Shown here one piece after another: positions 22,769 to 36,000 of a stretch of 64,000 nt of DNA. The position numbers were made by a program, and so were the translations under genes. Source of the stretch: Azolla caroliniana (lineage: Eukaryota > Plantae > Polypodiophyta); assembly GCA_043228905.1 (NCBI GenBank), contig JBHGNT010000009.1, forward strand, positions 11,408,001-11,472,000. Direction: 5' to 3'. The notes under the pieces were generated by a model that did no database searches, had not been told where the DNA came from, and worked only from the letters and a program-made list of their open reading frames with translations. How positions within the stretch are numbered: position 1 is the first letter of the stretch; every line of letters starts with the position of its first letter.

Positions 22769-25700
22769 ATGAGAGGAGAGACACCCTTAGATTATGCTGA
22801 ATTCCAGCTATCGCCAGGGCGGACAAGGTATATTAACCGATAATTAGAGGAGAACTTTTGTCTCCTTCCCCCCAAATTTGGTTCAGTCTTTCAGATTGAA
22901 AATGCTAATTACGTGATAGGGAGAAAAATATGCAACGCACATTTGAATTTCCCTCCCATCCAACAGAGTCTTGAGTAATGTGTCTTGCTATGATCTCATC
23001 CGATCTGTTTTTATTTATTTATTTTCTTCTTCTTCTGGTCTATTGAGAAAACAGTCAAAATTCTTAGGTCTTGTCATTTATGTAGATGCGATCTCTTTGT
23101 TTGGGCTGCTGCAGCTGGGTCAAGAGAGAAGGTGGCCTCGGGTTCTGCGAAGCCTTTCGATTCACACCTGCCTGCAGTAGCAGATGCAAGGAGCACTGGA
23201 GAGACCCCCACTGTCATCCTCCGCCCACAACCCATTCACAATCACACCACCACACCATGGTTTAGCAAAGGCACTCTAGAAAGGTGAAGAGAGAAGAAGA
23301 AAAACAACTGCCTAATTACATACATTGTATGTGTGTGTGTATGTATATAATAATGGAGTAATTTGAGAGCAGAACCTTATGCTAAGGTTTAGAGTCACTT
23401 CTTATGCAATCTTATTTTATGCCTACTTAATGCCCTCACCTGAAAGTATGATGTTTTCTTTCTTTCTTTCTTTTTGCTTCAGATTTGTGAGGTTTGTGAC
23501 CACACCTGAGGTCCTTGAGAGAGTGAAAACTATAGAAGATGAGCTCCTTCAATTGGAACAAGTTCGTGATGCTGTTGCAAACACCTTCTCACATGTATTT
23601 ATTTAGTTATTTCTTCTGATATCTCTTCTAATGAATCCTTATATATATATATATATATATATATATCAATTTTTTAGTTCCTAAAAAGTGTTCATGGTTG
23701 TTGGTTTGATCTTCTTACATACATATCTATTCATGAATTCATGGATTTAATTATCTTTGTGCTATCAAAATTCTAGTCAAGGAGTGAATCAATAGAAACA
23801 GAGGAGGCTCGACCTGATGCATCAAAGTGAGTATAAAAGACAGATCAAACTTGTTGGAAAACATTTAATTCAAAATCATTTTATATGTAGTTGAACTCGA
23901 AATTAAACAAACTCCCCCCCACCTTATCTCTTTACTTCCCAAAGTTTCCCTGCCTTGACTCTGATCCCCAAAAATAAGGGGTTAATTCAGAAATTTTCTT
24001 TCGTTTCCCAAATTGGTTGCATGTTTGGCATTGGGGAAATGTGAAAACACCATCTTTATTTATTCAAATGTACAGAAGAGAACTCATTAGAGCAATGGAT
24101 GCTCGATTGAATGCATTGCATGAGGAGCAAATCATGGCTTTCGCTCGGGCGAACGCAGCTGGGTTTGACGACAAGAGCATCACAGATCTGGTCCATTTTG
24201 CAGAAAATTTCGGTGCTGAACGATTGAAGTATGTAAATCCATATGCAAACAACATTTTTTTCATGTGTTTGTGAAGTGAATACTGGGGCACAATAGATAT
24301 ATTTCTATAGTGAGAATTAAAATATATGTCTTCTTTTGATTTTTTTAATGGTGAATATCAATGTAATGATTTCAATTGTTTTAATACCTTTGATTTGTTC
24401 CTTTCCTCTAATTTCATCTTCCATAGAAGTATTTATATCATTGATTAATTCTTTCTTTCTCCCTTATGTTGATTTCTATCATTTTATTGATTTGTTATCC
24501 AAGTGATGATTATTCAGATCTTAATAATTTGGATATACATCATCTGACTAAGGTTCATGTGTGAAGTAAGCTAATTTATCATGTAAATTCTTGTTTATGG
24601 TAGTGATGCATGCACAAAGTTTCTTGCTTTGTCAAGAAAGAGAATACTACAGCATAAAGACTTGGGTTCTCCAACAATCGATACTATATCAAAAATCAGA
24701 CACATGAGCACTAAAGAAAGTGAATTAACCTCGGATGAAGAGGAATGGTTTCCTGGCTCAAAACGGAGGCTTAATTTTGGTGTTAACAGAGTTGAGACAA
24801 ACCATCCTGAAGGTATTAAACTACCCTTATATTAACTGTTTTTAAAAAGATATCACTACTTTTGACACATGGCTTTTCTATCATTTCAATGTTTATGCGT
24901 GAGTTTCGATTATTATCTCTACTAATTCAAACATATGAGTTACTAATTTTTAAACATGAGGGTCTCTACTATTCAATATCAGCTAGTCCTTATGAAAGTC
25001 AAGATTCTTTGTTAAGAAGTGGATTAGAAGCAAACTATGGCATCTTGAATGGGTTCAAAACTAGGATGTTCGGCATCTTTTTGCATATGATTTCTTTGTC
25101 TTCTCATTCTCACTTGAGAGCATTTTTTTTCAGCATTTCAAGTTGATGAAAAGGATGGCACAAGAACCATCATTGGTGGTATACAATCTTCTTCTCTTCC
25201 TCAGAAAGCATCAAGAAGTCTAAGTCAAAAACAATCGTTTGAACGTGGCCCTACTGAACGAGTATCGTCGGGGAATACTTTTCTCACTCACTTGCATAAG
25301 ATGGCTCAAAAAGTAGAATCGAGATCTAGTGAAGATTTTGGATGGCATAACGAGTCAGACGTTGATGAGCAGGGTCAATCTCATACTTACAAAGATGGGA
25401 CCATTTCTTCTTCATCGTCAATAGAAAGAAGTTCTTCATTGCCATATCTAAGGGTGAATGTACAAACCCCACTTGTCTCATCTAACAGCTTGATTGATGC
25501 TGGTAAAGTGAGCAACTTGTCTTCAGTAAATGACGACATGGAAGTAAAAGAGAGCTTGAAGAACTTTGACCAGAGTGAAAATGACAGTAGTATGAATGAC
25601 CGAAAAACTAGAGATGACGTAACACCAGCGAAACGATTAAGTGTGGCTGCTGCCATCAGCCTTTTTGAAAGTAAAAAGAAAGATTCAACTGAACCCCCTT

Positions 25701-28700
25701 TCAGAAAGCTTGTCAAGCAAGAAAGCCGCAAGGTATTGATAGAAGTAGCCCATTCTCCGTCAGAAAAATCTGTCCTAAAGCGATGGAATACGACAAATTC
25801 ATTAACTACTGCTGAGAGCGGTGGGCAAGATAGCAATACCTTGCATAGTGAAGTAGAAAGGAATCTAGAATCTGATGAAAAAATGAAAATCCCATCGGGA
25901 AGGATATCTGAAACTCAAGTTTGGTCAGCATCTGAAAGATCAAAGGAAATCTTCAAAAAGTCACTGAATGATCTCTTTACTCAGGTTCATAGCAATGAGC
26001 ATCCTAAGAAGCATAGTACTTCCCAAGCTACAGTCATAGATCATGTAAAAGAAGATACTGCGATGAGTGTGCCTGATGAAGTTATCTCTTCAAATTCCAA
26101 GACAGATTCTATGGATACTAACATGGTAACTACTACATTCCTATCGATAACGAAAAGTAATTCAGACCAATTGGATTTACATGGGAAGGCTACGAGGAAT
26201 GTGGTAGATGAAGTTATATCATCAAATGCAAAGATACATTTGATAAATACAAATGTGCCAACCTCTGCGTTCAAATCGATAAAGAAAAGTGATTCAGACC
26301 AATCAGATTTGAATCGAAAAGTTGAACAACAAGGAAACACACAAAGTCTCAAAGCGCAAAACATTGGAGACGAAACTCAGCAGATTATATCAAGAGAATC
26401 AGTTTCTCACCGACTGAAAATGCCAGGACAAGTTCCTATGGAGCATGAATCGATGGAACCAGCTACTCTAAAACAAGAGAGAGCTTCTATTAAAAGAACA
26501 GATGGAACAAAGTTCAATGATGTGTCTACTTGTAACAATTTGTCTACTAGAGATAATAATCAATCAAGAAAGAGTGAGAACCCTGGGAAATTCTCCTTCC
26601 GAAAAACTGAAAATAGTCCATCTTCCATGGACACTATGTTGGCTACTCCTATTGATCTACAGATGCAAGCTTTGGCGAAAATGGTTGAAAATCCATATAA
26701 CACTATTTTGAGTGTAAATGTGGATGTCATTCCAAATGAAGTTCAGGGGAAGTTTTTTGATCATTATTCTAGGCTTAGGGATGCAAAACTAAGGCAAGAG
26801 AATCCGGCTAGAAGGGCAGAGAGAGAAGCTAAGCTGAAATTCATGCAAGAAACACTTGAAAAGAGGAAGGAAGAGATGGAGTCTAGATATCTACAACATT
26901 CTAAACGAAGAAACCCAGCTATTCGTTCAAGTGGACGACCACAACAACTAAAAACAGAGGCCCTGGTCGAACAACAACAGGTACAGCTATTGTAGTGAGA
27001 TCTGGGAAGAACCATGTGTTGATTTAAGCGATTATGATATCTTTGTATTGATTTTTTAATTATTTAAAAACCGTATTGTTGTCCATCAACACTCTTTTAT
27101 GGGTTCTAAACCAAGGAAAACAATAAATGGCATTGTTGTCAAGGATTTTGGGAATTTCAGCCCAGTTTTCATCACAGTGGTTTTTTAAAGATTTGCCTGA
27201 TGTTACAGTAAAATAAGGAATTACAAAGAATCCTAAAAATAAGCTAAATATTGTGAAGTTTTCAAAGATTGGCCCAATTTTCTATGCCACTTGGGTAATA
27301 GAACCTTTAGATTAGCCCAGCCAATTATACTCAGTAATATAAGCAATTGGGCCATCTTATATCTAACCCTTGCTCTATTCCCTTTTTCAGAAAGATAAAA
27401 AAGATGATGATGAATATACTGATCAAGAGGAATATTGTATGAGACTTCAGGATGAGTACAGTGATACGATCTCACCCGTGTTGACACCTCACTCAGCGAA
27501 GAATCGGTTATCTTCATCAAAGCCACGTACTACCATGAGAATGGTTCAAACACTTCCAAAATCTTCGAATGCTCCTCGGAATACATCAGCAAGACCAGCT
27601 ATTCTAAAGACAAACCAAGGAAAAACATCGAGTTCAAGTATTGTGGGCATGGATGGTTCAGTTCCAAAGACTGCCACTATTCCACACCCAAGTGAATCCA
27701 GAAAGGATGTAATGAAAAGCAGTTCGACACGTGCAGCAATACTACGAAAGCCAAACATCTCTTTGAGAACAATCAGCGATTCGATCGATGATGTGAGCAA
27801 CGTAGGTAATGGCGATACTAGTTTAAGTGTGGGTGAAAGAGAAGAAGTGAAACAACCATTAGGAACTATGGATACCAAACAAAATCCTCCAGGTTCAACT
27901 CAGGAAGCAAGGCCATTTCTACGAAAGGGACGAGGCATTGGTCCGGGTGCTGGACCAAATTTTATGAAACAAAAGGCGTCGAGCGCTGTGGATGTAACCA
28001 AAATCTATAGCGATGACTCATTGATGGACTGCAAGGTAGGAAATCCCGAGGCCATTAAGGGTACGATGGGAGAAGAGGAGTTAGCTGAAGTTCATGATAT
28101 TCACAGTGTTGTCAATCTGGAAGAAGAGAAGGCTGTGAATTCACCGATGCTACAATTTTCCGCTTCTAGTGATGATGGGTTTATATCTCCAGACAAGGAT
28201 GGGGATGGGGATGGGGATGGGGCCGGGGAGGGAATCTTGGGAATAAGGGAGGGGGAATCCTTGGGAATTGGGGAGGAAATCTCGGGAATCGGGGAGGGTA
28301 TCTTGGAAACAATGGAAGAATGTGATCCGGGCAATACATCAGAGAATAGTGATAGCCCTATCAACCCATTGGAAGAGAATCACAAAGTGAGCACACAAGA
28401 AGAGGGATACACACAAGGTCCAAGTGTGGAGATTTTGAACCATAAACAGAAAGAGGGAATGCTGCTATCAGAGCTGCTTGCAATGAGGAATTCAGATAAT
28501 CTCATGCCCCCGGATTCTTCTGCAGTGACATCTCCTTCAATGTCCTTCCAGGATGTGTCTTTGCCACATGGCCACATTGTGAGCCCATCAAATAATAACA
28601 GTAATCCTTCATCGGGCTCTCACACATTATCTTCTATCATGCAAAGAGGTGCAATATCAGGCCGATTTAGTCCGAATGCTGTGATGGATTCTCCGACGAA

Positions 28701-30092
28701 TACCCCGGAGAATGAGTTGATGATGCACTCCGGAAGGCAGTTCAGTGGTGGGCCTACGAGGTCTTCATCCATGTTGTCACTGCCCCCCAAAGAGTCGTCG
28801 CCTAAAGGGTTCAAACGGCTTTTGCATTTCGGGAGGAAAAGCCGCATGCCTGAAACAGTTGCAGCCGATTGTGTGTCAGTATCAACAACTTCCGAAGGAG
28901 ACGATGATGCCGATGATGTGCGGGGGGAGTCTGGAGGACAACTCTCAGATGAGTTTATTCGAAAGCTAAGGATGCAAAAAAAGGGGTTCGAGCTCGGAGA
29001 TGGTTATAATTTTCCAGACCCGGAGACAGGTAAGCAAGTCAATGTGCCCAACTAACAAGGTGAAGCAAAGCTTTACATGCATGCATGCCCTTTAAGGATT
29101 GGTAGATTGAGAGTGGAAAGGGAAGGTATTATTAGTGTACATAATACATTGCAAAACCCCCTTTGAAGAAGCAAAGAAAAGAGATAAACCAATAGAGGAT
29201 GGAAGTCATTAAATGCGAGCAAGAAAGTCTACAATGCTTTGATTTGAGGCCAAAGTTGCAAAAAAGGTGAAACGTTTTTGAAAGGTTGCGAAAACATAAA
29301 ATCGGAAAAGTGTATAATGCAAGGTTGCAAAAAATGACATGTACATATGTATATATCAAAGACGATAATTTAAAAAGGAACAAGTAAGGGGAAGTTTTGG
29401 AGCCCAATATTTTAAAATTTGAAACTTCATGATTAATTGTGATGCCCCATGTGACCTTTTAAGAAGGAACTACAAATCAACAACATGGTAGAAGACGAGA
29501 GAGAACGTTACACTAAGTAATCATTAAATGATCGGAATTGTCACATGGATGTTGAAAGACACACTAAGTCGTCATTACAATGATCAAACTCATTACATGG
29601 ATATTCAAATAAGGTTTACAAAAGTGATAATAGATATTGGTATTCTAGACCACACTATGGCAAACTACCACTCGAGTAAATTCTAGAAGCCTTTTGCCTC
29701 ATTTTTGCATTTTTTTATCATAATTTTCAGCTCAGTTTTTTGGAAGCTCCATTCCACCACCGCCTGCCAATTTTAAGTTGCGGGAAGAACAACTACCGGG
29801 AGGAAACTCAACAAAAGGTCATTGTTCCTCCTCTTTATCTTAACATTGTTTTGTGTGTGTTGGGGCTTGTACACTAGCTGTGAGTCGTGACATACTAAAA
29901 CAATTGTATAGAAGCTTTCTTCACATGCTTTAATTAAATTAATTATGCACCCCCACCGCCCTCCCACTTGATCTACTTGAGTACATTTTCCATAGTGCTA
30001 ATTACAATTCTATTGTTTATATTCTAGGTCCCAGATCTTTCTTTTCATTGTCATCATTTCGGAGCAAAGGCAATGAAGGCAAGTCACGTTAA
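22769..30092 (+). CDS. COP1-interacting protein 7 (CIP7)-like family protein, 10 exons, about 1472 aa. Exons: 22769-22827, 23086-23283, 23483-23594, 23777-23826, 24076-24228, 24604-24812, 25134-26980, 27391-29029, 29731-29817, 30028-30092.
   Basis: All introns are GT-AG and phase-consistent (4419 nt in total). Family motifs: [139 protein letters not shown]. Confidence 0.92.
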
Positions 30093-33047
30093 AGTGCTCC
30101 ATTTTACACAAAATTTCATCAACTTCGTTATTTTGTATAGATAAAAGCATTGTTGTATACGTAAGCCTTGTCTCCATTTAGGATCTATACAATCTTTCGT
30201 TTTTGAACACAAACAAAGATTTGTACATGTTCCACTTTATAAGCCTCACATATATTTATACCGATTAATTTATACCTATACCAAGCCATCTTCATACATA
30301 GCATTCTTATTATTAATGGCATATTTTTACTTGCCCTAATTTCTCGCAATGGCATTTCATGTGCAATGTAACTCTTACCAAATGAGACTTTATTTATTAG
30401 ATGATAAATGTGATTTGAAACTGACAGATACATTGTCTGAAAAAAAAGAATAAACAATCCTAAAATTCTGTGCAATAAAGGTACCTTTGCAAGGTTTTTT
30501 GGGCAATCTTTAACGAAAAACATTAAAAATGTACTTAGCTTTTGCAACACATGGTGTTAGAAAACATGCTTTTTATAAACAATTGTCATGGAGGGATGAT
30601 TTCCTTTATGGGCATGTGATTGCGTTCAAGCGTGCACATCGTTGGTTTGATGTGAAAGATGTGCAATTTGAGGGTGCACAATGATGGTTTTATTTGAGGA
30701 TTGTACGATTCGAGCAATAAAATTTCATGTGTATATACTGAATATGTTTTTGTGGAATGTTCATTGACAAGCATGAATAGAGTGTCATTAGCATTGCCCC
30801 ACTAGACTATCAAGTTTGGACACAATTTGTTGTTTTTAAGAATGCCAAGATCAAAGTATAAAATGTTTTTGTGAAATCTGATAAAAAAGAGTGGAGTTTA
30901 CGTCTTGTCAAAGTAATGCTCACTTTTTTAAAGTAAACTTTTCCAACAAAAGCTCCATGGAGTGCACGTTTTGCTAGACATTTGTTTCTGGTAAATTTTC
31001 TGGGGTGAAGGATGGGTAGTGATAGTGCTTTTTGCCTTTTCAACTTTTGATTTTTTGGGAAATAGGAGAATGTCCATCATCTGTCTTATATACTCAACTC
31101 ATCGATACATAAGAAGATCAGGCGGTGCATCACATTTTGCCTTGCACTTTTAGTTATTTTGTTTCATATGTGGCACTTGAACTTTGATGTGAGAAAGGAA
31201 TAAGTCACACGTAGAGTACATTTGCTAGAATAACATAGGTACGACATGGAAGCTTGCTGTGCATTTTGTAGATACAAGAAGATGCCCATTAATGCCAATG
31301 CCATGCTTTAATGGTTGGACAACTGGCATACACAACATCCTATGCAAAAAGGGCATGAGGTGAGTGTGTGCGATTAGTGCAAACACACCGACCCGATGCA
31401 GAAGCATAATTATTATTGTAAGAGATGGCTCAATAGAGGGGAGAGTGGGATATACAACACCATGTGCAAAAGGGCCATGAGTTGAGCTTGTGCGATTGGT
31501 GCAAACACGCTTGACCCAATCAATAAGAATTGAAATTGTATCATGGCAGTGTTAGGAAATTGTCCCTCCTATGGGAGAAGTCGACAGTCAAAGTCTAGTA
31601 AGAAGTCAACAGTCGAATCGATGAGCCGAATACAAGATGGTCGGTCGGATCCGACTAGCTAGTCGACAGGGTCGTCGATTGGTTCTTGGAGGAGATAGAG
31701 AGCCGACTATGATAGTCGACTACATTGATAGATGCTCCAAGTAAAGATAAGGCCGACAAGTCGAGCCGATTAATTATTATATACATTATATAATGTTGAG
31801 ATATCAAGCTCAACTAGGTTTAGGTAATTAGTCAACCATGTAACTTAGTATTTACATCATTAGAATCTAGTTAGAAGTGTTGACTTTAAAGCCTTAAATA
31901 GGATTTTGTACTTGAGTGGGATACATTCTAGATCCTCCACTACCAAGTTCATTGAATATAAGACTTACATCCTTGTACCTATATTCTCCTCACACATGTG
32001 CGCCCTTGCACATGAGATGTATAAATACCACATTGTGGGTATCGTTGTATTTTGATGCTTATTAATATAGAGAAAGGTCTTTAGCTACACTCTTGTTAAT
32101 CATCCCCCATTTATCTTATTGTTCATAAGTGTAACTTTCTCTCTCACACACACACACATATCATATAATCTTCCGCAGTTTAATCATATACGTGATTAAC
32201 CACTCACATAATGAGATAATAATTAACCCTAGTTAATTACCTAATTATTAACATGGTATCAAAACGTGTGGTTTAGTACATCTACTAAGCTCACCCAACT
32301 CCGTGATTGTGTCTTCGAGACATCGACGACAAATCCAACTATCTGATATCGTAGTGCCGCTACGTAGCACGTGTACGTGACCAAAGGAAGAAAAGCCAAG
32401 AAGGAAGACACTAAATCAACATGAACACACAAATGGGTAGCTTGCCCCCTAGTGAAAAGCTAGACTGGAGCAATTATTCATCTTAGGAGTACAAGATGAA
32501 TCAATACCTAGTCAGCCAAGGGTATTGGAGCTACATTACCGGTGCACTCGAAAACAAACCCGACGTCACAAACGCCAACTACCCAATGTGGGAGCAAGGA
32601 GCGAGTCGGATAATGTAATGCTTGGCAACATGTGTCCACGACCACATGCTTAGCCACATTTGAGACACTAAGATGCCTAAAGAAGCGTGGGCGAACTTAA
32701 AGAAACTTTTCGCCACCAACACGACCACCCGCAGGCTTCAACTCCGGGAAGAGTTGAACAACATACAACAAAAAGATATGCTCGTGTCAGACTACACCGT
32801 CAAGATCAAGAGCATTTGCAACTCGCTTGGCTCCATCAGCGTAAACATCGACGAAGACGAGACGGTTCAAGTATGCTTGGGCTGCCTCGCACATCGGTTC
32901 GACCCTATAAGGACAAATATCTTAGCGAGAGAAAACCCTCCTTCGTTCTTCGACCTCCAATCAATGTTATAGGTCGACGTGAACCACGCTAGAACATAGA
33001 CCAATATGTCGAAAGGACAAATGTTCATCTCGAATTCAGATGGTGGC

Positions 33048-36000
33048 TATCATGGACATGACAACTATCATGTCATGATTCAAACTCTTGACCTACTGTA
33101 TTTAAACGATATGTTTTAACCAATACATCCAATACATAATCATGTTACCTTACTAGATCATTGTAGATTATCTATTATACATGTAGGATTTTAGAAGCTT
33201 CCAGAAAGCTCTAGAAGCTAGAACATTCTACAAGCTTGTGCATGAAAATGAGTCTTTGCATGGGGTTACATTTAGAGCCCATAAATACAGGGGTTCACCT
33301 TGGCCTTAGTCAAGGTGAACAACACCAGTTACGAAATCATAATTCAGTTCTTGTTCTCTTGACTACTTTCTCTCTTTCTCTTTCTTATTATCTTGTCTAT
33401 GATCTCTCACACACTCTCTTAGTATTGAGCCTCGTGTACTTGTCCATGACAGTTTGTTCACCTTCCATCTCCAAAGCGTCATCATGTCAAATTCTACCGA
33501 GAACATAAACCAACTATTGGCAGCCATGCATCAACTTCAACTTGAAAATGAGAATCTTCGGGAATCTCTCAAGAAACTCCAAGCTAGGACTCCAATGGTA
33601 TTGGAGAATGAAGAACCCAAGTGCCCTCCTACATCAAGGAATCTCCTATCTATAGAGCTTGGCCCCTCGTCAATCCCCGCTCCATTACCTCTTCACCCCA
33701 TTTCAACTATATAACCCAATGTTAGTTTACCCGACAAGTTCGATGGCACAAGGGCGCGATTCCGGGGGTTCATAAATCAGATCAAGCTTATTATCCGGAT
33801 ACAACCCCAAAGATATGTGAATGATTTTTGCTGAGTTGGCCTCGTTGGGATTCTCCTCTCGGGAGCTGCACAAAGCTGGTTCGCACCTTTGGTCGAAACA
33901 TCATCGCCACTTCTCGACAATTTTTCTGCTTTCCTAGAAGAGTTCGAGGTGACATTTGGGGATACAGATCGACATCGAACAAGCCTTACCAAACACTATT
34001 CATTACATCAAGGTAAGTGTCCAATGTTTGTTTATGCATCTAGCAATCTGCGACAAGTCTATCGGGACAATCCAACTAGTGGGTCCCAGCATTCAGAAAA
34101 CGACGATGTCCAACTACAGTAGGAGCCATGCGGTTGGACAACAGACATACATGCTGCTCCCAAAGTTCTACTAACGACTTTTCCTTCGAGGTAACTCTTT
34201 GTTTCTAGTCTATTTCAATTCAATCCTTAACGCTACTCAATTCCGGGGCCACGAGGTGTTTTATGGACGAAACGTTCGTTCGTAAACACAACTTTCCTAT
34301 TTTCCGGTTGTCCAAGCCTATCCTAGTGGAAGCTATCGATGGGCGAATGCTCTCCTCTGGCGTAGTCACCAAAGCCATGATCCCCCTCATTTTGCAGCTC
34401 GGGACCCATCAAGAGGCCTTATCATTTTACCTCATCACTTCACTACGGCATCCAATCATACTTGGGTTGTCTTGGTTGAAAGCGAATAACCCTATTATAG
34501 ATTGGCACAACCACTCACTTACTTTTCAACCACAAACTCACATGGAGGTTGGAGCGGTTTCCAATGTCGCTATGTCAGAATGGCCCGAATCATTTTTTGT
34601 CGAGCACTCCTCCATTCAACTCGGACCAATCCACTCGGATGCTCATGCCCTAGTCACAATGCACTCCATCTCAATGGGCAATGACTCAGAGTTGAGTACC
34701 CCAACTTTGGTTCCTATGAAAGCCAATATGGACTCGCTTCCATCCAAATATGGTGACTTTGCTAATGTGTTCGAGAAGAACAATGCAGATCACTTACCGG
34801 AGCATCGACCATATGATTGTCCGATCGATCTACAAGAGGGCACATCTCTACCCTTTGGGTCCATCTATGGTCTCTCTGAACCAGAACTAGAGGCTCTTCA
34901 CACATATCTCGATGAAAATTTGGAGAAGGGCTTCATCCAACCGTCTAAGTCACCACCTGGGGCCCCCATCTAGTTTGTGAAGAAAAAGGATGGATCATTG
35001 CATCTATGTGTGGATTACCATGGCCTCAATAAAATCATGGTACCTAATCGATACCCTTTACCTCTCATCCTAGAGCTCCTCTATCGCCTTCGTTGTGCAC
35101 AGATCTTCTCCAAGATTGACTCGCGGGGAGCATACAACTTGGTTCAGATTAAACCTGGTGATGAATGGAAAACGACATTTCATACCCGATACGATACTTC
35201 AAGTACAAGGTAATGCCTTTTGGACTCGCCAATGCTCCCGCTGTTTTTCAACATATGATGAACGACATATTTCGAGAATATCTCGATCACTTTGTCGTTA
35301 TCTATCTTGATGACATTCTTGTCTTCTCGTCGAGCATTGAAGAGCATACTCACCACATTCGATTGATTCTCTCGAAACTCAGAGAGCATGGCCTCTATGC
35401 CAAGAGAGAAAAATGTGAGTTTGATTGTAATTCCATAAAATTTCTTGGTTATGTTATCTCCCTCCAGGGCATCACCATGGATCTAAGGAAAATCAAGACA
35501 ATTCAAGAATGGGCCACTCCAAAACGAGTAAAGAATGTCCAGTCGTTCCTTGGTTTCACAAATTTCTATGGGCGATTTATCAAGGGGTTCTCCATCATAG
35601 TCCAACCCTTGATTGAGCTTTCTCGTAAAGGGATGTCATTTCAATGGACTCCATCTACTCAACACGTCTTCGACCTACTCAAGGAAGTTTTTACCCGGGC
35701 TCCAGTCCTCCTTCACGTCGACCCTACTAAGCCTTTTCAAGTTGAAACAGATGCCTTTGACTTTGCCATTGGTGCCATCTTATCCCAACCTGATGATAAT
35801 GGCATCCTACATCCAGTGGTGTACTACTCCCAAAAATTCATAGCTCTAGAAATCAACTATCCCATCTACGACAAGGAGCTCGCGGCTATAGTGGCAACTT
35901 GCACGGAGTGGATACCTTACTTGGGTGGGGGGCAACATTGGGTTCAGGTATTAACAGATCACAAAAATTTATTGTATTTCTCAACAACCCCTACTTTGAA

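Noticed and set aside
25292-29055. ORFs of 567 aa and 561 aa as two separate genes
   Set aside because: They are exons 7 and 8 of the CIP7-like gene, joined in phase by a GT-AG intron.
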